A stretch of 63,967 bases of DNA, counting the filler, from a bacterium (lineage in GTDB: Bacteria > JACRDZ01 > JAQUKH01), in assembly GCA_028719205.1 (NCBI GenBank). It is 4 parts of 4 records of this genome, joined end to end, with 100 filler letters (N's around TTAATTAATTAA, not from the genome) between each part and the next. Parts side by side here need not be neighbours in the genome. Positions count along the whole stretch, not along the records: positions 1 to 18,482 come from JAQUKH010000041.1; positions 18,583 to 35,999 come from JAQUKH010000042.1; 2 more parts are not named here. One strand, given 5' to 3'. Both the position numbers and the translations under genes were made by a program. The notes beneath the pieces are model-generated. The model was not told the origin of the DNA, did no database searches, and saw only the letters and a program-made list of their open reading frames with translations. The number at the start of each line of letters is the position of its first letter. The stretch's first letter is position 1. Below are positions 16,420 to 26,582 of this stretch, in pieces.

Positions 16420-17556
16420 ATGAATAATAATAAATTTAAATGTTTATTCCTGTTTTTAATTATTTTATTTCTGATGGGATGCGCTGCTAGAAATATAAAA
16501 AAGCAATCAGATATTGATCTCAAAAAGCTGGAGGAAAGGGCAAAATATCTTAATACTTTAAGTGATGTTCATGCCCGGAATTATGTTCAAATATATTTTG
16601 AATTGGCAAATGCATACATGAGTTCAGGACGAAATGAAGATGCAATCGCCGCTCTTACGAAAGGCCTGCGAGTGAATTCCTGGGATTACGGAAATCAATA
16701 TATTCTCGCTAAACTTGAAATAAAAAAAGGATTTTATCAGCAGGCATCAGAAAGGCTTAATTTTATAATAGAACATTGCAACGATCCTTCACTTATCGAT
16801 TCAACTAAAGCCTTACTTTCAATGGAGGAATTTAAAAATATTAAGGACCAGGCAGTTCTGCGTCCGAATTTGCATAATTATAAGCTTTATATCCTCAAAT
16901 TTAAAGGCGCAAATCCGCTTATTGTAACCTCTATCGCTTCTCGCATTACTCAAGAGTTTGGTTTGATGGTTGAGATTATTGAAGATGAAGCTATTCCAAG
17001 TGAATCTGATATCAGAAATAAAGCTTCCAATCAAAATTTATCCATGCAAAAACAATATAACGCAACTATTCTTTTAGATCAGATCCTGAAAATCTATAAA
17101 GACAAGCTGTCTGAAAAAATGACACTGGGGATATTAGGAATTATTGGTAGTGATATATATGCGGAGGATTACAATTTTCTATTTGGCCTGGCAAGGGAAC
17201 AAATAGGTGTTATAAGTTACGCGCGCTTTTTTGACAATGATCTGGCATGGGATATTGTAATTAAGCGCAGTGTTATGCAGGCATTTTCTTCAACCGGTTT
17301 TATTCTCGGTATCCCCCGTTGTACAACAGCAACATGCGCGCGCGCTTATCCTCATAATCTTTCTGAACATGATAGAAAAGATGATAAGCTTTGTATGATA
17401 TGCCTGGAAAACCTAAACAAAAAATATGCAACAACCAAAACAAACAAAGACCAAATAACAGAATCTCAGCAATTTAATCATTCTTCCGAATCAATGCACG
17501 GGGCTGCGAGTACGCAGTCCGTGATTTCTATTGTTAAAAGAGATAATTATGAATAA
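16420..17556 (+). CDS. TPR lipoprotein with archaemetzincin-like domain lacking HEXXH
   Basis: LMGC lipobox; DIY..DYNFLFGLA..IGVISYARF; SSTGFILGIPRC...C...HDRKDDKLCMIC. Confidence 0.7.
   Translation: MNNNKFKCLFLFLIILFLMGCAARNIKKQSDIDLKKLEERAKYLNTLSDVHARNYVQIYFELANAYMSSGRNEDAIAALTKGLRVNSWDYGNQYILAKLEIKKGFYQQASERLNFIIEHCNDPSLIDSTKALLSMEEFKNIKDQAVLRPNLHNYKLYILKFKGANPLIVTSIASRITQEFGLMVEIIEDEAIPSESDIRNKASNQNLSMQKQYNATILLDQILKIYKDKLSEKMTLGILGIIGSDIYAEDYNFLFGLAREQIGVISYARFFDNDLAWDIVIKRSVMQAFSSTGFILGIPRCTTATCARAYPHNLSEHDRKDDKLCMICLENLNKKYATTKTNKDQITESQQFNHSSESMHGAASTQSVISIVKRDNYE
17453..17539 (+). other. attC-like site with disrupted R'' end
   Basis: GAATC-AATGCACG-GGGCTGCGAGTACGCAGTC-CGTGATT-TCTATT-GTTAAAA; upstream AAATAAC is separated by an insert bounded by GAATC repeats. 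Confidence 0.6.
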
Positions 17557-18130
17557 AAAAACAAAATTACTTTTATCAGTTATAGTTATGTTAATACTTG
17601 GGATTAGTCATCATCCAGCAATTTACAAGAAAACAAATGCTGCTGAAAACATGGATTCAGAAACATCATCGGTTATTTCAGATAAATTAAAAGAAAAAGA
17701 AGTGATTAATAAAAATAGTCCTTCCGGCAAAAACGATATGGATTCAAAACAATATAAGACATTAACCAATGATGGTTTTGTTCGTGATTGGACCACGTCT
17801 GAAGCGTATACTTCGCAAAGTATGCACGAAAGTTTCAAAGCGGAAGTATTGAAAATATTCTCCGCAAAAGAGGGTGATGCTTTATTCCGGGTTTATGTTG
17901 TAAAATGGAAGGGGCAGGAAGTTATAGCGGATGATCCTCTTGTATCGAGCGACTATAAGGTCGGAGATACAGCCACAATACTTATGATGGATTTACCACA
18001 TCCCAGCGGAAAAGCCAATAAACGCCTTCTCAATTTTACAATTATGCCTACTCAAAGTGAGCCGATTGACCGTGAAAAGGCATTAAAAGAGTTAAATGAA
18101 CTCGAGAAAATACTAGAAAACAATAAATAA
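17549..18130 (+). CDS. Secreted hypothetical protein (cassette-like)
   Basis: Signal peptide MNKKTKLLLSV...; starts about 10 bp after GTTAAAA. Confidence 0.7.
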   Translation: MNKKTKLLLSVIVMLILGISHHPAIYKKTNAAENMDSETSSVISDKLKEKEVINKNSPSGKNDMDSKQYKTLTNDGFVRDWTTSEAYTSQSMHESFKAEVLKIFSAKEGDALFRVYVVKWKGQEVIADDPLVSSDYKVGDTATILMMDLPHPSGKANKRLLNFTIMPTQSEPIDREKALKELNELEKILENNK

Positions 18131-18194
18131 GCCCCAGACAATCCAAAATGGACGTGCAGCAATGTTATAGGTATTTTAAAAGGAAAATGATAAC

Positions 18195-18482
18195 GTGAAC
18201 AATGAAAAAAATCCGGTATTCCCGGCTGAACGATCAGGCACTCTTGATAACAAACTGCGGAGATGGATGCAGGATCCTAAAAAAATATTGAGCCCCTATG
18301 TAAAAGAAGGAATGACTGTCCTTGATATAGGCTGCGGCCCGGGTTTTTTTTCCATCGATATAGCCCGAATGGTCGGCAAATCCGGCAGGGTCATTGCGTC
18401 CGATTTGCAGGAAGAGATGCTTCAAAAGCTGAGAGATAAAATCCAGGGAACGGAACTCGAGGAACGTATAACACTGCATAAA
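18195..18482 (+). CDS. Class I SAM-dependent methyltransferase (3'-truncated by contig end)
   Basis: VLDIGCGPGFF, VIASDLQEEML. Confidence 0.88.
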
Positions 18483-18582
18483 NNNNNNNNNNNNNNNNNN
18501 NNNNNNNNNNNNNNNNNNNNNNNNNNTTAATTAATTAANNNNNNNNNNNNNNNNNNNNNNNNNNNNNNNNNNNNNNNNNNNN
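18483..18582. other. Artificial contig-join spacer
   Basis: N run-TTAATTAATTAA-N run. Confidence 0.98.
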
Positions 18583-20496
18583 GTCTCTTTTAGGATCTCC
18601 CCCCGGCCCGCCGACATGCGTATATTGTTTGGAAGATTCCCAGGGATCATTCCTTTGACGATAATCATTAACATGCGCCGTGCCTAACCAGTCAGAATGT
18701 TCTTCCTGTTTGATCATTATATTTTCCGGCGTCACTTCCTTTCTATCTATGGTTACGTCACCTATATAATGAGAACCTAATCTCTTATTAAAAGAATCCT
18801 CCCCCGGAGCTTTGCTCTCAGTCGTATCCAACCCCTCAAAGTAATACACACTGGGATTGTGAGGATTTTTTGCCTCTGTATGACAAGCCTCGCAAAGCTC
18901 GGAATTATTATCCGGAATCGCCAGAATATAATTATCCTGCCCCGTGTGCGCCACATGGCAAGTCCGGCAGACTACTTTATCATTAACCAATTTTATTTTG
19001 GACCGGATATTTTCTATCAGTAAGCCTTCAGTATTTATTAACGAATCTCTGATAGCCATTCTAAACTTATCTCTGCTCATCATTTCAATATCTATCGGAT
19101 GGCTCACTCCCCAAACCTTTTGGGTACCCTCGACCTGTGTTCCCATTGCCTCACTGATAGGAGTTATAAAATTATTATAATCATTATATTGAGGTTTACG
19201 GCCATGACAATCCTCGCAAAAAGAATCCGAGGAACCTGACCGCAATATAGGAGTACCCTCCTTTGCTCCATGAGGGTCATGACAACTGATACAAACTAAA
19301 TATTCTCCTAACGTTCTTTCCTGATTAGCCGGCAAAGTATTCGGGTCCCCTGATTCTTCATAATCTACCCAGGTCATATTATCCGCTTCGTTATAAGGAT
19401 AATGAATAGAGAGCGAAGTTCCTTTTCCGGTTCTGAATATTTTTTCAGAATAAGGCGTTACATTTGAAGAAAAGTTATCGTTAGTCGGCGTGGGAAAGAC
19501 ATTTACCGGATGAGTATATTTATTTCCGGCAACATCAACCGCCGGCATCTCCGTGTGGCATTTTTCACATAAAAGGCTTTCTCCCGGAACACTGCCTGTG
19601 GTATCATTATTCACTACTAAAAGCGGGCCTACTCTTAACGGTGTTTTGTCAGCATACATCCCGTCCCGGGCAGGTTCCCCGCCATGAACCTGATGACAAG
19701 TCATGCATATCACGCCGCCCTGGGTATAAAAAGAAAGATGCCCGCCCAGCACGCCCTTCGGTTTAGTAAAGAGGGTGTCTAAAATAATCCCTATCCCTCC
19801 ATTTCTGGCATTTTCCTTTGAGACGGAAGCACCCACAGGATGAGTTCCTGATCCGGGAAATCCCCTGATACCATTATCAGCTTTTTTACCTGAATCCTCT
19901 CTCTGCTGATGACAGTATGAACAAAAATTCTGTACTGGCCCGTTATAATTTGACGCATTTCCCTCAGGCACAGAAGTATCATACATCATTGCCCTGAGAA
20001 AGCCTCCGTTAATATTATCATGAGGGTTATGACAGGTGGTACATTGCATACTTTTATCTTTTTCAGTCTCCGGCCATTCCTGAGCCGGAGTATTAACCAC
20101 CTCTCCAAGCCAATCGGTATTTTCAACATTGGGGGGTTCATTGCTTGTTGAACCAACCGGATGATTCGCCCGTTTAACATTAAACACAGTAAATATTTTA
20201 CTTGCCTTTGTTCCTGCTGAATTTGTTCCATGGCATGTATAACATATACGGGAAACAACACCAAAATCTCCGTAATCTTTTTCCCTGGGCCTGTAAGGCC
20301 ATACCTGAGAACCTAACGCGCTATGCGGGGTATGGCAATAAGCGCAAACGCCTTCTAATTCAACCCCTCCCGCCCACTCAGAATTAACCTCCAGATTATG
20401 CACCGTCTCAACTATTCCGCTGGCATGTATCAAAGACGGAGTTAACAAAAATAAAAAAATAATAAAATAGATTTTAAAATACAGTTTATTTTCCAT
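18583..20496 (-). CDS. Multiheme cytochrome c, paralog 3 (10 CxxCH visible, truncated by contig end; 14 expected)
   Basis: Signal peptide; paired CxxCHxxH/CxxCH units; colinear with 20486..22843. Confidence 0.9.
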
Positions 20497-22843
20497 CGAC
20501 TATTCCCTGTAAATGGCACCGGTTGCATAATGGCTGATGATCACGGGAAGGTGTCTTTTTATTAAACCAGCCTATGCCGCCCGGAGCGGAAACCGATGTT
20601 GAATCCCCGCCCGCCTCCATAATAAAAGCTCCTCCTAACGAATACGCGTTGTGCGCGGCGTGGCAGCTCTCACAAACCATTATTGGATTATTATTATTAG
20701 CTGTATCGGGATAATCCGCAGGCATGGTAAAACCTTTCAGATATAGCGAATTATAATATCCTACTGCGAATTTTGAATCTCTCGGATTTAACGGTTGGTT
20801 TGTGCGGGAAACAATTTTATTTAATACCGGATGGCTCCCTTCCGGATTATGACATGTCGAACAAAGTTGAGATTCAGTATTGGGAGTTAAAAGTAGCCTG
20901 CCTAATTTTTCCCCGCCATCAACGGCTAAACCTTTAGCCGCGCCGTGCGGGGTATGACAGGATTGACAGATGATCATCGTTCCGCCGTTACCGGATCTTT
21001 TTGGATCCGCGCCCGGCCCGCCTAAATGAGAAAACTGGTTAGAACCAGGCCATGAAGAGTTATAACCGTTATCAACATGAGCAGTTGCCAGCCAATCCGT
21101 TCTGTAACCGGTATCATAATAAGCCACATAAAAAGTATCATAAAGGGGACGGTCTTCCGGAACTACACTCCCGATATAATGGCTTCCCAGCCTTGGTAAT
21201 TCATAGGTTTCTTCCTTATTTACTTTCCCTTGCTTAACCGGCATCCATTCATTCGCCTTTCCATCGGGATAAACTTCACCCGGCCCCTCAAAATAATATA
21301 CACTTGGATTATGAGGTTCATCCGGATAGGTATGACAACATTCACATATTTCAGAATTTCTATCTGTTATTGTCAATAATCTTGAATTCATCGCTGAATG
21401 CGGGGAATGGCACGTCCTGCAGGTAATATAACCGTCTTTTAATCTGAGCGCGTTTTGAATATCTGTAATAAATATTCCTGGCGAATCATATATCTCTAAA
21501 GACTCTCTGATAGCCATCTCAAAACCATCTCTGTTCCTGGAGCGAAAAGATCCTGTACTTATCTTCGTTCCATCCTGCCAAATACTGATACCGACTGTAT
21601 CTACCGGATGATTTTCTCCCGCGACAGGCGCGCTATTATGACAATCTTCACAAAAATTATCTGACGAACCCTTTCTCAAGAGCGGAGTACCGGGCTTGGC
21701 GCCGTGAGGGTCATGACAACTCATACAAACAAGATATTCGCCCAACCCCCTCGCGCCTTTACCTTGATGCGTATTTGGCTCTCCGGATTCCTCGTAATTT
21801 ATCCATGAAACCGGAGGGTAATTAATTGCCAGGGTATCACCTGAAGAGGAAATATTATCATCACTTCTTGTTCCCGGAGGATATCTGTCCAAAGGATGGG
21901 AAAAATAAGCAGTATCTTTCATAAAAGGAGTTTTGCCATGACAGGCTTCGCATAACAGGCTTTGCCCTCCGCCCCCGGTTGGAATATCCGTAGAATCCGG
22001 TTGTGATTTTGTCGTATCATTATTAATCACCAAAAGCGGGCCTACCCTTAAAGGAGTACCGTCAGCGTATAAACCGTCTTTGCTTGCCGGCACGCCATGA
22101 GGGCTGTGGCATGTAACACATGTTACCCCTCCGGTTGTTCCATAAGCCAAATGGCCGCCTAAGACCCCAAAGGGTTTCGCGAAAATAGCGCTGTCAATAA
22201 AAACACCCGGAAGATTTTCATTGGTTATATTCGCTCCAACCGGATGCGTTCCTTTATTCTCTTTGCCTTTTAAACTGCTTTCTCTTTTTTGATGGCAGTA
22301 GGAACAAAAATTCTGAAGTGTATTTTCGTAATTATAACCGCCCTCATCAGCAGAGGTATCAAACAGCAAGGCATTCAGAAAACGGCCGAACCTGTTATCG
22401 TGCGGGTTATGGCAGGTAGAACATTCTATATCAGTCGTATCCGCGGCGTGAGGCCAGGTACTTGCCAGGAATCTATTATTCAACCAGTCTGTTTCATCAA
22501 CGTTGGGTTCAATATTACTTGCGTTTACAACAGGATGGTTATCCTTTTGTAAATTAAAAACAGTAAAAGATTTATTCGCCTTTGTTCCGGCGCGGTTGGT
22601 CCCATGGCAGGAGTAACACAAATTTCCGATCTTTCCGAATTCTTTTGATTCCATTTCATACCGCCATAACACAGGACCCTTAGAGCTGTGAGGGACATGA
22701 CAATACGCGCAAACGCCTTCAAAATCGCCTCCTCCGGAAAATTGCGCGTTTAGTTCCTGGTTATGAACAGTTTCAATGATACTCGCTTTAACATTAAAAT
22801 TTAAAAATATTATAAGTAAAAAAGCAAGTAACCATTTTTTCAT
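20486..22843 (-). CDS. 14-heme cytochrome c (7 paired-CxxCH units), paralog 2
   Basis: Signal peptide; 14 CxxCH counted. Confidence 0.92.
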   Translation of the reverse strand: MKKWLLAFLLIIFLNFNVKASIIETVHNQELNAQFSGGGDFEGVCAYCHVPHSSKGPVLWRYEMESKEFGKIGNLCYSCHGTNRAGTKANKSFTVFNLQKDNHPVVNASNIEPNVDETDWLNNRFLASTWPHAADTTDIECSTCHNPHDNRFGRFLNALLFDTSADEGGYNYENTLQNFCSYCHQKRESSLKGKENKGTHPVGANITNENLPGVFIDSAIFAKPFGVLGGHLAYGTTGGVTCVTCHSPHGVPASKDGLYADGTPLRVGPLLVINNDTTKSQPDSTDIPTGGGGQSLLCEACHGKTPFMKDTAYFSHPLDRYPPGTRSDDNISSSGDTLAINYPPVSWINYEESGEPNTHQGKGARGLGEYLVCMSCHDPHGAKPGTPLLRKGSSDNFCEDCHNSAPVAGENHPVDTVGISIWQDGTKISTGSFRSRNRDGFEMAIRESLEIYDSPGIFITDIQNALRLKDGYITCRTCHSPHSAMNSRLLTITDRNSEICECCHTYPDEPHNPSVYYFEGPGEVYPDGKANEWMPVKQGKVNKEETYELPRLGSHYIGSVVPEDRPLYDTFYVAYYDTGYRTDWLATAHVDNGYNSSWPGSNQFSHLGGPGADPKRSGNGGTMIICQSCHTPHGAAKGLAVDGGEKLGRLLLTPNTESQLCSTCHNPEGSHPVLNKIVSRTNQPLNPRDSKFAVGYYNSLYLKGFTMPADYPDTANNNNPIMVCESCHAAHNAYSLGGAFIMEAGGDSTSVSAPGGIGWFNKKTPSRDHQPLCNRCHLQGIVDGK

Positions 22844-22883
22844 TGGAAAAATTGATCCCTTTTTACGATCATAAGATTATTAA

Positions 22884-23852
22884 TTATTTTTTGAATTTCC
22901 AGACGGATATTCTATGCCTCAAAAGTTCTGAAACATAAACACGGTCTTTTCTTGCGGCAATACCGCCAACCGTAGTCAAATCTATACGGCCGCCCTTTTC
23001 ATCTGAAAGCGCGAAAAGGAATTTACCCTCCCGGTCAAAAACCTGAATATTCCCTTTTGCGATATCAGCAACATAAACGCGGTCCATTTCATCAACAGCA
23101 ATACCTGATACCTGTCCAAAAAGCCCCGCGACATCGCCCTGTCCGCCGAATTCCGCCATGAAATTCCCGGTATTGTCAAACTTGTAGATCCGGCTGATTA
23201 TTCCGCACGCCACATAAACTTCATCATGGCTGTTGATCGCTATATAAGCGGGCCTGACCAGCCCTCTTGGTTTGCCGCCTATTTCAAAAACAGTTACAAT
23301 AAATTTATAATTTCCATTTTTGTCGTGAACTTCCAGCAACTGATCATCAACGTCCGCCACCCAGACATTTCCCTGGCTGTCCACGGCAACGTCGTTCGCG
23401 CCTGTAGGGCTGTCTTCTTTTATTCCCTGCGGGCCGCGATGCCGGCCTGCTCTCAATTCAAATTTACTTACAAACTCGCCGGCAGGAGTAAAGATCTTCA
23501 CCTGATTTAACATCGGGTCAGCTACATAGATCCTTCCCAGTTGATCGGTCCCAACGCCGTTAGGATCGAGAAATTCCTCGTCTTCCCTGCCTTCTTTCCC
23601 GAACGCTAAAACAAACTCACCCTTATCATTAAAGACCTGTATTCGCCGGTTAACCGTATCGGCGATATATACCATTCCATCCGGAGCCACCGCGACATCC
23701 TGCGGCTGGTTAAACTGGAGCTCCTCTTGTCCTTCCAGGGTATATACAAACAAGGTAGGCGTTGTTAAAAACTTTGTCTGGCAGAAAACCTCCGCGGCAA
23801 GTATAAACACTAATATAAAAACAGCAAATAAACTTTTATTTATAATTTTCAC
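22884..23852 (-). CDS. NHL-repeat 6-bladed beta-propeller, exported
   Basis: FNQPQDVAV.PDG.VYIADT.NRRIQVF-type repeats. Confidence 0.9.
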   Translation of the reverse strand: MKIINKSLFAVFILVFILAAEVFCQTKFLTTPTLFVYTLEGQEELQFNQPQDVAVAPDGMVYIADTVNRRIQVFNDKGEFVLAFGKEGREDEEFLDPNGVGTDQLGRIYVADPMLNQVKIFTPAGEFVSKFELRAGRHRGPQGIKEDSPTGANDVAVDSQGNVWVADVDDQLLEVHDKNGNYKFIVTVFEIGGKPRGLVRPAYIAINSHDEVYVACGIISRIYKFDNTGNFMAEFGGQGDVAGLFGQVSGIAVDEMDRVYVADIAKGNIQVFDREGKFLFALSDEKGGRIDLTTVGGIAARKDRVYVSELLRHRISVWKFKK

Positions 23853-23873
23853 AAAAATACCATTTAAATGAAA

Positions 23874-24764
23874 TTAATGCATTGTTCCTCTTAATTTTCC
23901 GGTCTTTCTGTCATACTTTTCATCAATACCCCTGATACTATTCATTGCAACTTCAACATATTTGCTTTTCGGATATGTCATGATCAGTTTTTTATACTCT
24001 TTTTGCGCCTGGTCAAAATCATTCAGGCCGTCAACGCTATAAAGTTTGGCAATTTTGAACTGAATTTCATCCGCCAAATTACAACTCGGATATTTTTCCA
24101 AGATCTTCCTGGCCATTTCAATTTTCTTTACAGGATCCTTTTCATTATTCATATCCGCGTAAAGAGACAGGGGTTTCCTGTCAAAATCAGAATTTTCCTC
24201 CAGAAATTTTATTCCATCCTCGGCCAGGGACGCCGCTCTTTTTTCAAGTGATAATTTTCCATTTTTATATCTCTCTACTATCTGTTTATAACTTAATATC
24301 GCGTTATCGAAATCTTTTTGCAGGCTGTAACTGTCTGCAATTTCAACATACACTCTTATAACATTTTCGCTTTTAGGATATTTTTTTATAAATAAATTAA
24401 AAAGATCTATTGCTTTTTTAAAATCTTTTCTTCCTCTATAATTATATTCCGCAAAAGATAAAAATTCGTCTTCTTTTAACCTGAAGTTCTTATCCAATTG
24501 AAAAACCTTTTCAAAATCAAATATCGCTTTTTCGTCATCGCCTACCTTTTTATAGTTCAGCGCCCTGTAGAATAATACCCTGGCATTTTCAGGATCAGCC
24601 TTTAGGATTTTATTAAATACAACCATGGAACTGTCAAACTCTTCCCTCGCGAAAAGATCCAGACCGTCAATTAACTCGCTATCCTGCGTTTTTTTGCATC
24701 CAAGCCCGCAAAGAGAAACAAATAATAATACCAAAGAAATTTTAATTAAATTGTGTTTTTTCAT
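23874..24764 (-). CDS. TPR lipoprotein (BamD/CpoB-like repeats)
   Basis: GLGC lipobox; FIKKYPKS and LIMTYPKS repeats; start at ATG 24764 after AAGGA. Confidence 0.8.
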   Translation of the reverse strand: MKKHNLIKISLVLLFVSLCGLGCKKTQDSELIDGLDLFAREEFDSSMVVFNKILKADPENARVLFYRALNYKKVGDDEKAIFDFEKVFQLDKNFRLKEDEFLSFAEYNYRGRKDFKKAIDLFNLFIKKYPKSENVIRVYVEIADSYSLQKDFDNAILSYKQIVERYKNGKLSLEKRAASLAEDGIKFLEENSDFDRKPLSLYADMNNEKDPVKKIEMARKILEKYPSCNLADEIQFKIAKLYSVDGLNDFDQAQKEYKKLIMTYPKSKYVEVAMNSIRGIDEKYDRKTGKLRGTMH

Positions 24765-24772
24765 AGTTTTCC

Positions 24773-26446
24773 TTAAAATGAATGACAGGTATTGCAAAGC
24801 TCATCCTGAGACATTCTCCACATTTTTCCTTCCACTCTTTTATTTTTTTCGCTTTTTAAAAGTCCTTCCTGATGTACCTGATGGCAGGTATTGCATGTAA
24901 TATTCCCCGCATTATCCAGCGGCAGCAAATTAGTATTTACATCTTTTAGGTCCTTCAAGCTTTTAATTTTTACAGTTATTATCTTACCATTGGCTACCGT
25001 TTGCCTTTCATTCGCAAATTTAACCAAATGTCTCGGCTGTGTTCCATCCATTTTTGTTCCCGGGTGATCACGGTCGGCATGGCACAGTATACATAAAAAA
25101 TTAACCTCCCCGATCAAACCGGGATTTTTCCCGCCTTCAACCAGTTTTTCCGCCGGTAACGAATGACAGAATTTACAAGTGGAAGCAATCTGATTTCCCT
25201 TATCGTCCAGCATTTTATGGGGATTTGTTTTTTCCAATTCAGCCCTTATATGGCATTTATAACAAATTTCATTTTTCTTATCATAAGGACCGCCTATCAG
25301 ATAATTCGGGTTTTTGTCCGCGATATTTTCTTTTGGTTTTTCCGCCCGGCATTCAAATTTTCTTTCATGGCACGTTAAACACGTAACTTTTCCATCCACC
25401 AATGGCAAATCTTTTGACATTTTTGTAATTTTTGAATTAGGGCTTTCTCCTACATTTAAAGGATGATGGTCTCCCTTATCCTGCGACGCTTTATGGCACC
25501 AGTTGCACATCGCTACATCATTCCCGAATTTAATAAAGGCATCCGCCCCTTTAGCACCGGCCGCAGGGATCTTATCATGGCAGGAAAGGCAGAACAACCC
25601 TTTTTCATGAGGATTTATCTCTTTTGATTTTACGGCAAAACTAATATAATCAGGCCTTAAAATATACATGGTTCCTGTATTGCCATGCCCATTATGACAG
25701 GTAGCACATGTCATCGCCCCGTCAATAACAGGCAGAGTCGTCGGGAATTCATTACGGATAGCTTTATCAGCAAACGGATTAACCTGTATAAAATGCCCGC
25801 CCTGCGCCGATCCATGGCAAAAATCGCACAGCTCGATTATATCCCTTTTTATAGTCTCTTTTACAACATCCTTTGCCTTTTTCGGGTCACTGCTGTGGCA
25901 AAAACCGCATAATTTCTCATCATTTACGTGAGGAGATCTTTTAGTGAACTCTTCTCCATGGCACTTATTACAAAGATCCAATCTCTTTTTTAAAATAGGC
26001 TGGCCGCCTGCCTCATCTGAAAACCCGCGCAATAAAACATTTGAAGCTATTTCCACATGAACTAAATGACAAGTACTGCAGACAACCTTGCCTTCCGAAG
26101 CACCTGATTTCCCCAACGGCAGAAAATCCGGGATCTTTACATCGGCGCTTGGAACAACATTAACCTTATGATGTTCAGCCCCTTCATGGCAGCTCCTGCA
26201 TAACTCAACAACATCATTGTTCGGCATAAGAAGTTTAGCATCTTTATCATCCGGTTTCGGCCTTGTTAAATGGCACGACTCACAGCCTAACTGCATATGA
26301 ATGTTAGGGGTGATCTGGGGGCCTGTTTCGGCTTTTTTCCCCGCTGCGGAATCCAAACCTCTTTTTTTCCTCTGCGCAAAACTGGTGGTTGAAGAAACAG
26401 ATAAAACAAACACTAATAATAAAAGACATAAATTTATTTTTTTCAC
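24773..26446 (-). CDS. 15-heme cytochrome c
   Basis: GTG start, signal peptide, 15 CxxCH counted. Confidence 0.9.
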   Translation of the reverse strand: MKKINLCLLLLVFVLSVSSTTSFAQRKKRGLDSAAGKKAETGPQITPNIHMQLGCESCHLTRPKPDDKDAKLLMPNNDVVELCRSCHEGAEHHKVNVVPSADVKIPDFLPLGKSGASEGKVVCSTCHLVHVEIASNVLLRGFSDEAGGQPILKKRLDLCNKCHGEEFTKRSPHVNDEKLCGFCHSSDPKKAKDVVKETIKRDIIELCDFCHGSAQGGHFIQVNPFADKAIRNEFPTTLPVIDGAMTCATCHNGHGNTGTMYILRPDYISFAVKSKEINPHEKGLFCLSCHDKIPAAGAKGADAFIKFGNDVAMCNWCHKASQDKGDHHPLNVGESPNSKITKMSKDLPLVDGKVTCLTCHERKFECRAEKPKENIADKNPNYLIGGPYDKKNEICYKCHIRAELEKTNPHKMLDDKGNQIASTCKFCHSLPAEKLVEGGKNPGLIGEVNFLCILCHADRDHPGTKMDGTQPRHLVKFANERQTVANGKIITVKIKSLKDLKDVNTNLLPLDNAGNITCNTCHQVHQEGLLKSEKNKRVEGKMWRMSQDELCNTCHSF

Positions 26447-26510
26447 TTTTTACCGCCTTCTTTATTTAAGCTTTTATAGCTTATTTAATATTTTTTTTAT
26501 CTTTTTTTTC

Positions 26511-26555
26511 AAAAAGGGGGCTCAATTGTTTCTTATTATAAAACAATTGAGCCCC
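26511..26555 (-). terminator. Rho-independent terminator after the 950-aa cytochrome
   Basis: GGGGCTCAATTGTTT...AAACAATTGAGCCCC 15-bp stem followed by a T run on the minus strand. Confidence 0.8.
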
Positions 26556-26582
26556 GCAATTTAAGTTTAACTTAGTACCTTA

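Noticed and set aside
18483-18582. TTAATTAATTAA palindromes within N runs (also 36000-36099 and 53111-53210)
   Set aside because: Artificial all-frame-stop contig linkers. ORF ends that use them, and gene adjacency across them, are not biological.
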